This document shows, piece after piece, positions 13,701 through 25,889 of a DNA stretch of 64,000 bases (position 1 is its first letter; every line of letters starts with the position of its first letter). Source of the DNA: Anthoceros angustus. Lineage: Eukaryota > Plantae > Anthocerotophyta. The stretch spans positions 1-64,000 of the forward strand of contig VJWM01000240.1 in the NCBI GenBank assembly GCA_010909165.1. The letters run 5' to 3'. A program made the translations under genes and the position numbers. Under the pieces are notes generated by a model. That model was given only the letters and a program-made list of their open reading frames with translations, had not been told where the DNA came from and ran no database searches.

Positions 13701-15062
13701 CTGCCTCCTCTTATTGCAAAGAACGTTGCTCGATGGTTCCTGCGTTTCTGAGGTGGATGCCGAGTTACAATGCCTCCCGTCCTTCCCCAGAGCAGGCAGA
13801 ACGTTTTCCCTGTTGATCAAGCCTGTCTCATCCTCCTTCTTACCAGGAACTGCTGCCTGCACAGTGCCAGATCCACTACAAACCAGACTCTGCTTTCGCC
13901 GCTTCCTGGATGGCAACTGCAGCTTCCCTGGTCTGTTGTTTTCAGGTGTGCTTGCGCAGACCGAAGCGGCCATCCCGCCACTCTCTTCTTGCCTGCCATG
14001 AAAAGATCCTCTCCTGGAAGCACCACTGTTTGCATTGACTAGCGAGCTCTCAAGAGCATCATGCCGGTCGATCACCTTCATTATACCCTGTGCTGGAAAA
14101 TTATAACATCCTTTCCCGTTATCTGCATCCGGAGTAGTCAGATCCAGAGCTTCCTGAGCATGTGCATAGCTCTGTGTTGCACTATTAGAGGGCGCTGCAC
14201 GTAGATCCTGAAGTAGCTCATGCACTGACCGATGATCGAAACCAAATAGGTGCAGAGCATGGGACAAATGTCTTTAAACACCAGGGGACACCTTTCTACG
14301 TTGCTGGCCAGAGTGAACAGAGGACGGAGTCTCAAGGTCTACCTCCAGGCCATCTTCAGCGGACTCTGCCTCCCTCCATCCTTGTCTGCCACTCAGCGCC
14401 TTCTTCCAGGCTGCGGTTGCTGTCTCTCCTGACCTTACACCCGGTTTCGGAAGTAACCTAAACGAGAGGAAGAATTTGAGCAGAGTTGCCCTGACATCTA
14501 TGCATCAAAATCCTTCTTGCTCACCAATTATACTTCGAAGAGAGGCCCGCGTGGCCCCTCGCAGGCCTCCATTGTAAACCAGAGTCCATGTCACTGTCGC
14601 TTAGCCTTGTAGCCTCCTGGAAAAGGATACTTGTTCCCGCCATGCGCAATTAATCAAAACAGTTTCTTCGAAGGTCTTAAGAAGCACCAGCTTCCCAAAT
14701 GAACAACCAGCGCTTGCCATAGCCACCAGCAATCTTCCCTAGGACCTGGGCAGAGCATACAGACCGGAGCATTGCTCCAGCGGTACAATTCTCCAATGCA
14801 GAGAAGCACAATTTCACCATCGGATGGCTCCATTTCTGAGCTGCAACATCTACAACTGTACAACTCGATGCCGGAAGGCGCGCGCTGTCAGCTTACATCC
14901 ATTTGCCTCCGCCAAAACTGGCGGCTGTGGCTCCGCTTCCACACACCGAGACCTGTTTGAACGAGCCCGCTCCCGCGCGAGGAGTCTCATCCCGTTCCGT
15001 GCTGTTCTCAGGACGTAAGACCCGTTCCGTTGGACTGTGGTGATCACGCAGTTGTCGAACAT
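10780..15062 (-). CDS. Host gene: N-terminal FYR (FYRN/FYRC-like) domain, long low-complexity middle exon (ORF 12270..14267) and C-terminal WD40-like region. Resembles the plant At1g26330-type family. Multi-exon, with apparent frameshifts
   Basis: FTMEACEGPRGPLFEV at 14531-14578 (FYR signature). Uninterrupted 665-aa ORF. C-terminal fragments include MLRCSTAMRCMIAPEPLVVIAAGTYGHVNCWIMDPTW, LGLPLDDR and AIIGTDDGEAYAVDVLSGRKL. A short GTGAGT...TAG intron lies at ~11765-11818. Family recalled from memory. Confidence 0.65.
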
Positions 15063-17559
15063 CTAAAAACACACCTCGAAAAAAGAAGGTTTTATTAACG
15101 AAACAGGAGATGGGTGAACACTAGGTATGGTAGGTTTACGTAGGTACTAGGTAGAAATGATGTACCAATATAATAACTTCACCACACGAATTACTGGAGA
15201 GTACAATTAACCGAGAATTGCTATCGTTTGAGAGCATTGCAGGTACATAGTAGTATTGTTGATTATCAAAGTGGATGTCACACGATGAGGTGACTTGTGT
15301 AATTTGTAAGGATTTAATTATGTTCGGCAAAGAGATTACTAAAATAAATATACAAGTAATCATAACACAATCTTAATCTTTAGGACGATACCGGGGTCAC
15401 ATAGATACTACTTAATACTTAATTAGGATAATATAAATTAGAGACGAGCGGATAATAGGATTTGGATGATGATGGGGTTTGATAGGGTTCTGGATAATGG
15501 CGGATTAGATCGCGTTCGTGATGCAACGCCGTCGCAATGGCCGTGTCTGTGCCATAGATGCAACTTAAGTTTCACACTAAGAGTTAAGTTACAGTTTATT
15601 ATGTCTTGGAAAGTGGGGAGACTAGGGAGTTAAGAAGGCCAATCTACTATTGTAATGAAACATTTTTCAAAGCAACAGGGTTGTCGCCCTTGCGCTCCAA
15701 CCATGTTTCCGTTCGTGTCCGGCAACATTTGACAAGGCTGCAGTCTTTCTAACACCTGTGTCTGACACTAAGCGTGTGAACCGAGTAGTGGGCCGTCGTC
15801 AAGGGTACTTATTTCCTCATATTGAATAGTTATTCAATAATACATAGTAATACTTGAATTTTAAAGATTTGTGTGTATATTTTTAATATGATTTAATTAG
15901 TATTATATTAATTAATTAATTAATTGAAGTTTTTATAAAAGAGACCATTGATCATTTGGATTTTATCGTAGAGGCTACTATGGTTCGGAACTACCGAGCC
16001 CTTGGAACCCTTTAGTTCGGCCGCTCTTTTGAAACAGGAACTGGTGATTAGGAACTGAAGTGATTTGGTCGAAACTGCACATACATAGAACACACTCCAT
16101 TCGTAAATTGAATGTGACCTTCTCAAACGGCTAGACAACAACCACAAACATTGTAACAAGAAGTTAACGCACGTGTCAGTGTACCAAGTACTGAGCAGTG
16201 GGGGAGCAGCTACTTACAATAAGCAGAATTCAAATAAGAAGATAGATGATCTCGGGTCGGGATCCAACTCGAAGCCAGGAACTACAGTACTTAGCAAGCA
16301 AACCTGCAGGAGATAAATGCTCAATTGCCTTTAATAGACAAGAGTGCATTTGTAGCGCGGCCTAGCTGTTGGAAGATGGGTCATCGATTGAGTTGACGAC
16401 TGTGACGTAGCTAAGCGCAAGAGCGTGAAATCTCAGAGTCGAAGTCGGAGTAGTTAGGCCCTTCCTGATTCCAAGTTCTAACTACCTTGCGTACACTTGT
16501 TATTATCATCCGAAAAATAGCTTATTCACCTAGACTACCTACCTATTATTTATTTTCTCTCAAGGCTTCTTGAATTGCTACTGAGATCGGCATACAGATG
16601 TGTTACGCATGCAGCTGAAGCGAAGCACGGTGAATGTGACTTCACGTCACTTCCCACATCCTTGTGCACTGCATACTTGAATGAAAAGATATCAATGGAT
16701 TGTTTTATTGCAAGCTCATTAACTACCTATATAGCCATATGCTAAATCAGAAGGTAACAATTTATCAAGAGGACCACGAATATACCAATTAAAACTTTAA
16801 AAACATTTTCCATGGCAATGACGGAAAGTATTGTTCCACATATTCTTGGAGTTTGTGCTTCTCCTTAACTACTTTGGGGACAATCGAATGCCATGGTCGT
16901 GCACAAACTTGTCTTTGGGGACGATGGTTCTATGTTTGCAGATCGAAGCATGGGTCTTCATCGACCTGCTTTCTTTTGGTAACTCCGCTTGCAACCCACG
17001 ACTACCCAGTGGGTTCATATGGGAGTCTTTTACCTTCCCCATTTAGGTAGACAATTGGACACTCATGTCTACGGGGACCATGGAGCCAAGAAACTATAGT
17101 ACATAGCAAGCAAACTTGTAAGAGGCAAATGCTTGAATTTGACGTGGTCGATTGCCTTTAGGAGGCTTGAATTGTTTGAATTCAAAGTAGCGGGGTGCGT
17201 TCGTGTCACGGCCTAGACATTGGAAGATGCATCACCAATCGACTCGACGAGCTTGACATAGCTGAGTGTGGTAGGTTTACCCTGGTCACTTAGAGCTAGC
17301 TTCGATGGCCACACTTATCCCACGGTCGTCGAATCTGTAGGTTCGATCCCAAGGGACTTGTTTGGACAGTCTCGCCTAGGGTGTTATTTTCCCTCACTTT
17401 CACACTTCGCCTCTCTCACATTCCTCTCACGATTCACTTCTGAAAGGTGGGTTTTGGGATTGTCCGGCCCACAGCTCCACTGCGCCCTCCCGTCTCCTCT
17501 AATTCCTACGTCTAGAAACACTACAACGACAATATGACAATAACTCAAACTTCGCAATT

Positions 17560-18150
17560 CTCTTCCTCAATCAGCTACCTCTATCCTCAATTTCATGAAC
17601 TCGCGAGCCTCTCTTACGGCACATCTGGCTGGAGTGACCGCCTGATGGATATTTCGCTTGGGCCGGTAGCCCCGCGATTGCTCCTAACGAGAGCTCCCTA
17701 GAGTTCGTTGGTTCCCAAAGGCCATCTCTCGATGAACCTCCAGCGTTAGTTGCCCTACAAGATGCCACCAAGCAAAGGCACACAGTAGCCACAAGATGAA
17801 GCCTTCCACAAGGAAAAGGTCTTGCCAAGGGTCGGGCCGTGCACCGCCCTCCTGGCCCAGAGCCTCCGATCAACCTTGTTCCCCCGTGCTCGAGTCGCTT
17901 GGCAAACGGTGGACAATCGCGCACACAATCACAACGAAAAGGTACACGACTACGACGAAGAATCGTGAGGATTGATATCGAACTGTTTACACTGCTCCCC
18001 TCTTATAGGTGGAGCAGACCTCTCGAAATGTGTGTGTCTTGAATGCAAGATGACCCTTCGGATTCCATGAAGGAATTCGTGGCTGGCAGTCCGGCCTCTT
18101 GACCCCACAGGATAAGGTCCAGCTTACTACTGCCATATTTTCCCGGGTCA
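17560..18150 (-). pseudogene. Orphan ORF (~200 aa, frameshifted) near the downstream end of the TGTGG element
   Basis: Stitched frames read SCGVKRPDCQPRIPSWNPKGHLAFKTHTFREVCSTYK...PFRCDCVRDCPPFAKRLEHGGTR...HGPTLGKTFSLWKA...EAREFMKL. No family recognised. Confidence 0.4.
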
Positions 18151-18539
18151 TCTAAGTCGCCCCTTCCTCCAAATAGTATTACTGACTTAAATACGGGCCC
18201 CACTCAAGTGTCAGCACTCTGCCACAAAACATTCCTACCAGTCGTCCTACGAGTCATCCTACTAGTCAAGAGGTTGTCCGCCTTCGTTTGCTCCTCCGGA
18301 CTCCCGTGACATCCTCTTCGTCTGTGTCTTCAACGGATCGTTTCGCTCCCCCTATCAAGAGGTTGTCCGCCTTCGTTTGCTCCTCCGAACTCCCATGACG
18401 TCGTCTTCTTCTGTGTCTTCAACGGATCGTTTCGCTCCCCCTGTCTCAGAGCATTCCTCTTCGGAACTTATTCTGCTTGCACCTCCTACCTCAGTTCTCC
18501 TCTCAGTTTATCCACTACCTTGGTAGGAGATGCAATCTC

Positions 18540-21500
18540 CCTTACCTCCCTCCTATCAGGAGGGAGGTAAGGGAGATTAAGAGGTAGGGGATCCCTATCA
18601 TTTCGTTTGTAGAAGGTTTTCCTTCTACCACCTCATTGGTAAGAGGTAGACCTCCTACCGCTGCCACTTTCGTAGGTGATGTCCCTACGACGTTCATCGT
18701 GAGGGTAGAAGATCGTCCTCCTCCCTCAGCACACTCGTCTGTGGGCTCAATCCTCTCTACAGTTCCTCCACTGCCTACGGGGGCTTGTTCCCCCACCTCT
18801 TGATCTCTTGCCAAGGGAGATGAGCTCTCCTTGGTCTCTCCTATACCTACCCTTTTAGGAACACTGGTAGGACTAGGCCTACCTCCCTCTTCCTTGCTTG
18901 ATACCTCTACTAAGGAAGGTTCCACCGGGGTGGTCCCGTGTACATCTTGGCTCCCCTAGTTGGCTATATCCAGCACAGCCCTTCTCTCTTTCTACCATCC
19001 TGCTACCTCGCCTTCCAAGGCCGCTACTCCTTCAAGTGTCGGAATGGTCAGATCCGTCTCCTCCTCCTCCTCATTGTATCGTTCCTCGATCGTTTTTAGG
19101 AGGTTGTTGTAATACGTGGCCACCCTGCCACTCTCTCGCTTCTACGCGTCCATGATCCTGGCTCTTAATGGGTTTACGCGCTCGCCCCACTCAGCTACAT
19201 CTGTCAACTTCATTAAAGCTACCTCCCTTTTGATCCCCGCCCTTTCTAGTTCCAAGATGAGTCTCCCAATTTCCTCTTCCTTTCGCTTGGCATCTGTCAC
19301 CAAGCGTTTCACTGTGGCTGCTGTGGCCCTAACTTGTTCGTCCCTGAGGGCCTGTATAGCCTCGAGAGTGTGACGGACCATCAACACTTCCTTCCTACAG
19401 TTCTTTGCCTCTGCTCCGTAGGCACTTGAATTGCAAGATCGTTCGATTGTTGTCATTGTTGATCCAGGAGCTCTCTGGTGATGCGAAGCTCCTCCCTAAG
19501 GCCCTTGGCAACGTTTTCCCACTTTTATTTCTTGTTCGCTAGCCCATCATATTTCCCTATGTAATACTCCTTCCACTTGTCCATCGCTAGCAATCTCTTT
19601 TGTAGGAGGTCCTTTTCATCTTCAAGGTCCAAACATGCTACTGCATCTCCTATTACCCTTGAGGTGCAAGATCCATCATTCAGGAGCCTCACAGGCTTCG
19701 AGGAAACCTGTTCTATCGCCTCCTTCCCACGGAAACTATTCCGGGCCTTACTGGCTGTCGTAGATATTGGCTCCTTTTCCCGATTCACTTCCCCTACCTT
19801 GTTTTTCAGGGTAGGGGAACGATCCTTGGTCTGATTCTTGACAGCTTCCATCTCCTCGGCCTTCTTGGCTGAACTTGCTTCCCTCTCCAAGACCTAATCT
19901 ATCATTTGCCACACATTCACCAACTTTGTGGTGATCTTGCTCTTTGACTAGGTCAAGGACAGAGTGTTGCTTCTCGGAGGTTGTCTTCAAAGCTCCCTCG
20001 AGTTTCTTCTCCACATCCTCGGTTCTCCTCTCGGTTTATCCACTACCTTGGTAGGAGATGCAATCTCTCCTCCCTCCCTATCGGGGAGGTAAGAAGATAA
20101 GATGAGGATCCCTATCATTTCGTTTGTGAAGGTTTTCCTTCTACCACCTCGTGGTAAGAGGTAGACCTCCTACCGCGCCACTTTAGGTGATGTCCCTCGG
20201 CGTTCATCGTGAGGGTAGAAGATCGTCCTCCTCCTCGGCACCTGCATGGGCTCAATCCTCTCTGATTCCTCCACGCCTCACGGGGCTTGTTCCCCCACCT
20301 CTTGATCTCTTGCCAAGGGAGATGAGCTCTCCTTGGTCTCTCCTCCTACCCTTTTAGGAACACTGGTAGGACTAGGCCTACCTCCCTCTTCCTTGCTTGA
20401 TACCTCTACTAAGGAAGGTTCCACCGGGGTGGTCCCGTGTACATCTTGGCTCCCCTAGTTGGCTATATCCAGCACAGCCCTTCTCTCTTTCTACCATCCT
20501 GCTACCTCGCCTTCCAAGGCCGCTACTCCTTCAAGTGTCGAATGGTCGGATCCGTCTCCTCCTCCTCCTCATTGTATCGTTCCTCGATCGTTTTAGGAGG
20601 TTGTTGTAATCTGTAGCCACCACCACTCTCTCGCTTCTCTGCGTCCATGATCCACAGCTCTTAATGGGTTTACGCGCTCGCCCCACTCAGCTACATCTAT
20701 CAACTTCATTAAAGCTACCTCCCTTTTGATCCCCGCCCTTTCTAGTTCCAAGATGAGTCTCCCAATTTCCTCTTCCTTTAAGCAGCATCAGCTGCGTTTT
20801 CCTTTGTAGCTGTGGCTAACTTGTCCACGAGGGCTGTATAGCCTCGAGAGTGTGACGGACCATCAACACTTCCTTCCTACAGTTCTTTGCCTCTGCTCCG
20901 TAGGCACTTGAATTGCAAGATCGTTCGATTGTTGTCATTGTTGATCCAGGAGCTCTCTGGTGATGCGAAGCTCCTCCCTAAGGCCCTTGGCGTTTTCCAC
21001 TTTTATTTCTTGTTCGCTAGCCCATCATATTTCCCTATGTAATACTCCTTCCACTTGTCCATCGCTAGCAATCTCTTTTGTAGGAGGTCCTTTTCATCTT
21101 CAAGGTCCAAACATGCTACTGCATCTCCTATTACCCTTGAGGTGCAAGATCCATCATTCAGGAGCCTCACAGGCTTCGAGGAAACCTGTTCTATCGCCTC
21201 CTTCCCACGGAAACTATTCCGGGCCTTCTTGGTATCGTAGATATTGGCTCCTTTTCTGATTCACTTCCCCTACCTTGTTTTCGGGGTGAGGCGATCCTGG
21301 TCCGATTCTTGTGACTTCCATCTCCTCGGCCTTCTTGGCTGAACTTGCTTCCCTCTCCAAGACCTAATCTATCATTTGCCACACATTCACCAACTTTGTG
21401 GTGATCTTGCTCTTTGACTAGGTCAAGGACAGAGTGTTGCTTCTCGGAGGTTGTCTTCAAAGCTCCCTCGAGTTTCTTCTCCACATCCTCCGGTTCTCAA

Positions 21501-22650
21501 CGCGAACTTCAACAGCTTCTCTCATATTCTCCACTAAGACGTCTACCGGCCCCATTCCCATTTCTCGCAACTTGGTAGCCATTCTCTGGAAGATTCCAGT
21601 TGCTCTCAAAACTCCTCCTACTGCCCCTCCTGCTGGTGCGCAGTCACCAACATTCCTCGGCGGTCTTCCTTGTCACCTTCTACTTCCATTCTACTTCTAG
21701 GTCCATCTTGCTCTGTTTCGGTAGGAGCTATGTCTCCTACAGAAGGCCCTCCTTCCTTCGCTGTTCCTCCCGTAGGAGCTCCTTCCTCTATAGGTACTCC
21801 AGCTCCTACCGGACTTTCCCCGGCTGATGGTATCTGTCTACCAATGTGAATTCCTTTGGTAGGTGACCAGTCGGGCATCCTTCCCTACCCGTTGGCTTCT
21901 TCCAGCTCTTCTTCCTTCAAAACCTCCTTCCGGTGGTGTAGGTGTATTAGAAAGGTAGAGGCAAAGCTAATCTTGGCCTCCTCACTCATCAAATGATTTA
22001 TGTGAGCAACTGTCTGCTCATAAAGAATGCTCGCCCAATCTACCAGTTTCCCTTGGGACATCTTGTAGATCATCATAAAATGTGAGTTGCTTATGTAGGT
22101 CTTCTTGGCTGCACTAATTAGTCCCAACCAAATGTTTGCGAAGAGGTTCCACTTACGTTCCTTAAACATTAACACTCGCCAGCCATTCCTATGGGACCAA
22201 ACTTCTTCCTTAGGCCGTAGGAACATGTCCATGGCTACTTCCGGATCTGATTCTTAGAAAACTGTGCCGATGGGATGATTCGCCCCTTGTGCGCCTCTGG
22301 AATCAGGTAGGTCTGCTAGAAATGGCGCACCTTCCATGTTCCAGGGTGACTCCTTACCGTCACATCTTCAGGCATCCTTATCTCCCCTCTAGTGGCTCTC
22401 AATCGCCGTGCGCATTCCTGTACCGGGGCTGGACTTGGGTAGAGTCGCTCGGGCACTAGGTACAACCACTCCATCTTCAATTCTTCTGCATAATGCTCGA
22501 AGGCGTCCAAGTCTCGCGGTGAGATTTGAACGGGTCGGAAGTCAAACTCGGGCATCGGATGTTTCTTGCCTTTGCCTCGACTAGGAGGAGTGAGTAGCAT
22601 TGCCTTCCATCCATCCCCCTGAATCGGCGTACTACCGCCCGTTCTCACTT
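18540..22650 (-). pseudogene. Orphan ORF: Trp-rich domain followed by a long coiled coil; fragmented and partly duplicated
   Basis: ORF 21885..22232 (FLRPKEEVWSHRNGWRVLMFKERKWNLFANIWLGL...GKLVDWASILYE), ORF 22316..22648 and E/K/R-rich fragments 19142..20014. Homologous fragments occur on the plus strand at 58555-62260. Confidence 0.65.
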
Positions 22651-25169
22651 CTCACCATTTACACAAAGGGAGCACACACAAGGATAGGAATTTGAGGGAA
22701 AGAGGAGCAATCTATCAGGCTAGAGAGGGAAGTAAGTAGAAGAAGGGTGCTAGGGCCGACAGACGAGAGGATTCTGCCCCCTCCCCTTTCTGTCAAAGAA
22801 AACTTGGACCTGTCCCCTCAAACTCCTCCTCAGCAACCGCTCTTGTCGTCCGTCGAGGGAATCCTTCGGCTGCGGCAAGTTCTCCACTGCCTGCTTTCCC
22901 TTGCGATTGCTTCCCTCCTAGCTTCTCACTAGCTCACTGAGCTAATCTCCTCTCGAGCATTTCTTCTTAGGTGCGTCACAACCTCGCGTATTCGTCTTCT
23001 CCCTCCAGAAGCACAAATTCACTTCCCCTCTCCTCGTTCGCGAAATTCCAGCTCACCCTTCCTCCGCGCTTGCAGCCCCTCAATCTCCGAGTTCCGATGG
23101 TGGCCGGTGCTCGCAGTCCGCACTCTCCTTGCGCTCGCAGCTATCAGTGCAGCCAACTTACTTCCAAGGTGCTTCGAACCCTGGCTAACTAAGGGTTTGA
23201 CAGGTATATGCAAATCTTACCCTGGATCTCTTCAGTGCGCCCCACCGCAATGCTCGCTACGTGGCCTCATCAACGATGCCATTGTTCAAACTTGATTTGC
23301 CATATCCGGACCCCCTATGATGCATATATAGCCTTTCTGCATGAGTGCTAATTTCGAGTTCCAAGGAAGTTGCCTTCCTTATTTCTCAAAATGCCTTTTC
23401 CACCTTTTTATAGTTATTTTCTCCCGACCGAAGCCCAAGGAACACCTAACCGGACTCTCGAAGTTCAAGATTTTATATCCTACTTAATTATGACTCCCTA
23501 CCAAAGACCAAGGACTTCCTACCTATATAAATGATGTTTCCCATGACTTGGTACATTTGTTAGTCTATTGTCACTGCCCCTTTTCCCTCTACCTAGGCTA
23601 AGTGTCAGACATCCTACTGAGTCTTCCCTTCTCTAAGTCTTAGCCCTACTACGGAGCTTCCTACTGACTGCCTACGACGACTCAAATCGTGATCCTGCTA
23701 GGCCGGACGACCACTGTCTACAATTGCCTATCTGTAGAATACCCTTGTCCACACAACTGTCCCTACATCCTATCACTACCCTGCTAGACCCTCAGTGACC
23801 AAACTTTTTCGTTCCACACTGAGTGAGCACAGAAGCATGAATTCTCGGAGTTGGAGCAGGAGTACGTCCTTCCCAATTCGAGGTCTTGGAAGGACCTAGA
23901 GTATGTTGCGTACGCTTGTTTTTGTCATTCAGAAAATCGTTCCTTCACCTAGACTACCTACCTATTATTTTTTTTCTCTTAATTTGCAAACTTTCTTCAA
24001 ATGCTATTAAGGTCGCCATACAAATCCGCTACACTTGAAGCCAAACATTGTGAATGTGACTTAAGTGGCTGTATATTTATATTTTATAACTATAGCTTAA
24101 CTCTTAGTCTGAAACGTAAGTCATTCATGCACTCATGGCACTAATACAACCATCGGGTGCAAGCATGCTTTGGTGCTCACATTAGTGAGAAACGGACGAA
24201 ACATTGTTATTTTGTCCTCATGTAACGTTAATTATTTCAACTAATTTATTTCTTCTCTAAAAGCATACGATTTTTTTACAAGATATACAAATATATCACT
24301 TCTACATGAGATTAAAATTTAAAATTAAAATACTCATGAAAATATTCAAAATGAAAGTCTAAATTTAGAGACTACTTGGGATGGGCATTGTCTCACTCGT
24401 GGGCACTTGTCACACTATGTTTCTGAAGTGGGCCGAGAACGAGGCGGTGGCGGGCACTCAGGCCCTTACCTAAATCATTTTGTAGCATGATTACGAGATG
24501 AGCAAACGGATCGTCGGCATTTAACTCAACAAATTTTGAGTTCTTGCGCGCACCCCGCGCCGATTTAGGGTTCTGTCAGAAGAGGTCACGCCACCACCAC
24601 GCTGCGGCGGATCTCGGCACACGAGGCGGTAGGCTTATCTTGAGGTCTGGGGGAGGTATGTAGCATGAGCTGGAACTGTGTGGGCGCGAGTTAGGCCCTA
24701 GATCTGCGGCATGTTTGATAAACTTTTTCTTTTGAATTTGAGCTTCATGGTGGGTATATGTGGCGGTGGTGGGTTGAGGCGGGGACTGTTGGAGTGCAGG
24801 TGGCAAGGGTGGCAAGGGAGTGGTGGATTGAGGTGGCGAGGAAGTGGTAGGCGAGGTGGCGGTGTACTTGGGTTTAGGTGGTCCTTGGTTCATTGTATTT
24901 CTAACTGTTGGTTCTTGATGGGCTTTCATGGAACCTGCTGAGGGGAACTGCGGATATGCACGGTGGTGGCTGATATCAGTATCACCTTGTTGGATCACAC
25001 GACTGTTGCAGCAGCCGTCTACACCCCTACAACCGGATCCGTGGAGGCGCGAGCTTGCTTACTGAGGTGATCAGTGCTTTTAGGGTTGTGCCTGGCTTGT
25101 TCTTTGCCTGTTGCAGGGTACAAAGTTGGAGTCTAACAGCTAGCAGCTGTGCTTTTGTTTAGGGTGGTG

Positions 25170-25867
25170 CATGTAGCAGGCATGGCTCGGTCACCATCAA
25201 GCGCCGGAGCCGATGGGGGTAAACGCCGTCGGCGGCAAACGCAGCCCAGCCCAGCCCGGTAGCCTGGTGAAGCATCTTCTAGTGAAGCTGGTGTTCAAGA
25301 GTTGCCGGGAAGGAGACTAACAAGGAATCTTGGTATTCCTCAGTCTGAGGAGGTCAAGCAGGGGACCCATGCGGCAAGAGAGGAAGGTGGAGCAGAAGAG
25401 GATGCCACTACTACCAGGCAAGAAACTCAGGGTGCCCAAACTTCAATCAGTGTCTGAGTTTAGAGCGGAGCTATGGCGCTTTACGGTGTTAAGGAATGCT
25501 CGTCGTCATGGCGGGATGTGGCTCGCAAATTAGGTCATCAGTTTCTAGAGCTTACAAGTGGATACACGGCAGAATGTCCTCAAGACATTCTGGAGAAGTT
25601 TAGTAACCTACCATTGCTGAAGATGTTTCGACCAAGAGCTCGACAGGATGCCAAAGATAGCCAATTGGGAGCATTGTTGTTGAAGAATGTGCGTGAGGCT
25701 TGCACAAGTTTAAAGGATGTTCAAGTTGGTGACAAATTGCGGGCAAGGAACACCTTGTTCAACATTATCTTATCAGAGGATATCCAAGGAAAGGGTTTGG
25801 TTTCGAGCCTTTCTCGGCACATAGGAGTGAGCGAGCAGATCCATCGAGCTTTGAGCACCGGGGGAGG
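25170..25867 (+). pseudogene. N-terminal part of the Sola2-like transposase gene, cut by the CACTA insertion
   Basis: ORF 25473..25925 reads LLLKNVREACTSLK...ARNTLFNIILS...LSRHIGVSEQIHRALSTGG. Joined across the AGG duplication to 52776 it continues GYVSGQRTWCGAGRKARS. Confidence 0.7.
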
Positions 25868-25889
25868 CACTGAGAAAATGAGGGTTTTA

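Larger units (their letters stand above)
17267..23818 (-). mobile_element. 6,552-bp TGTGG...CCACA element with a perfect 5-bp TSD (CTGAG), imperfect ~35-bp terminal inverted similarity, no LTR pair and degraded orphan ORFs
   Basis: CTGAG at 17262-17266 and 23819-23823. Both ends read TGTGG...TGGTCACT.AG.G..TAGC inward. Removing it rejoins the flanking repeat. Internal ~1.5-kb tandem duplication (~18490-20015 and ~20016-21495). Confidence 0.9.
16270..24065. repeat. Two diverged ~400-bp direct repeats (16270-16650, and 17078-17266 plus 23819-24065); the second is split by the 17267-23818 insertion
   Basis: Shared blocks include gcaagcaaac, ttggaagatg, ttgcgtac, ttcacctagactacctacctattatt and gtgaatgtgactt. 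Confidence 0.75.

Noticed and set aside
13336-14001. 221-aa plus-strand ORF
   Set aside because: It is the antisense shadow of the 665-aa exon.
10680-15062. Processed retrocopy fused to the LINE 5' end by template switching
   Set aside because: The gene retains GT-AG introns (for example ~11765-11818), so it is not a processed copy.
15070-16200. AT-rich segment as a possible LTR, MITE or Helitron
   Set aside because: No termini, TSD, second copy or coding signal could be supported.
17870-17960. gag zinc knuckle (CDC...DCP) in the TGTGG element
   Set aside because: It lacks CCHC spacing and no protease or RT follows. Treated as part of an orphan ORF.
24360-24420. Possible left TIR of the Sola-like element (TTTA|GAGACTAC)
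   Set aside because: There is no partner end or TSD inside the window to test it against.
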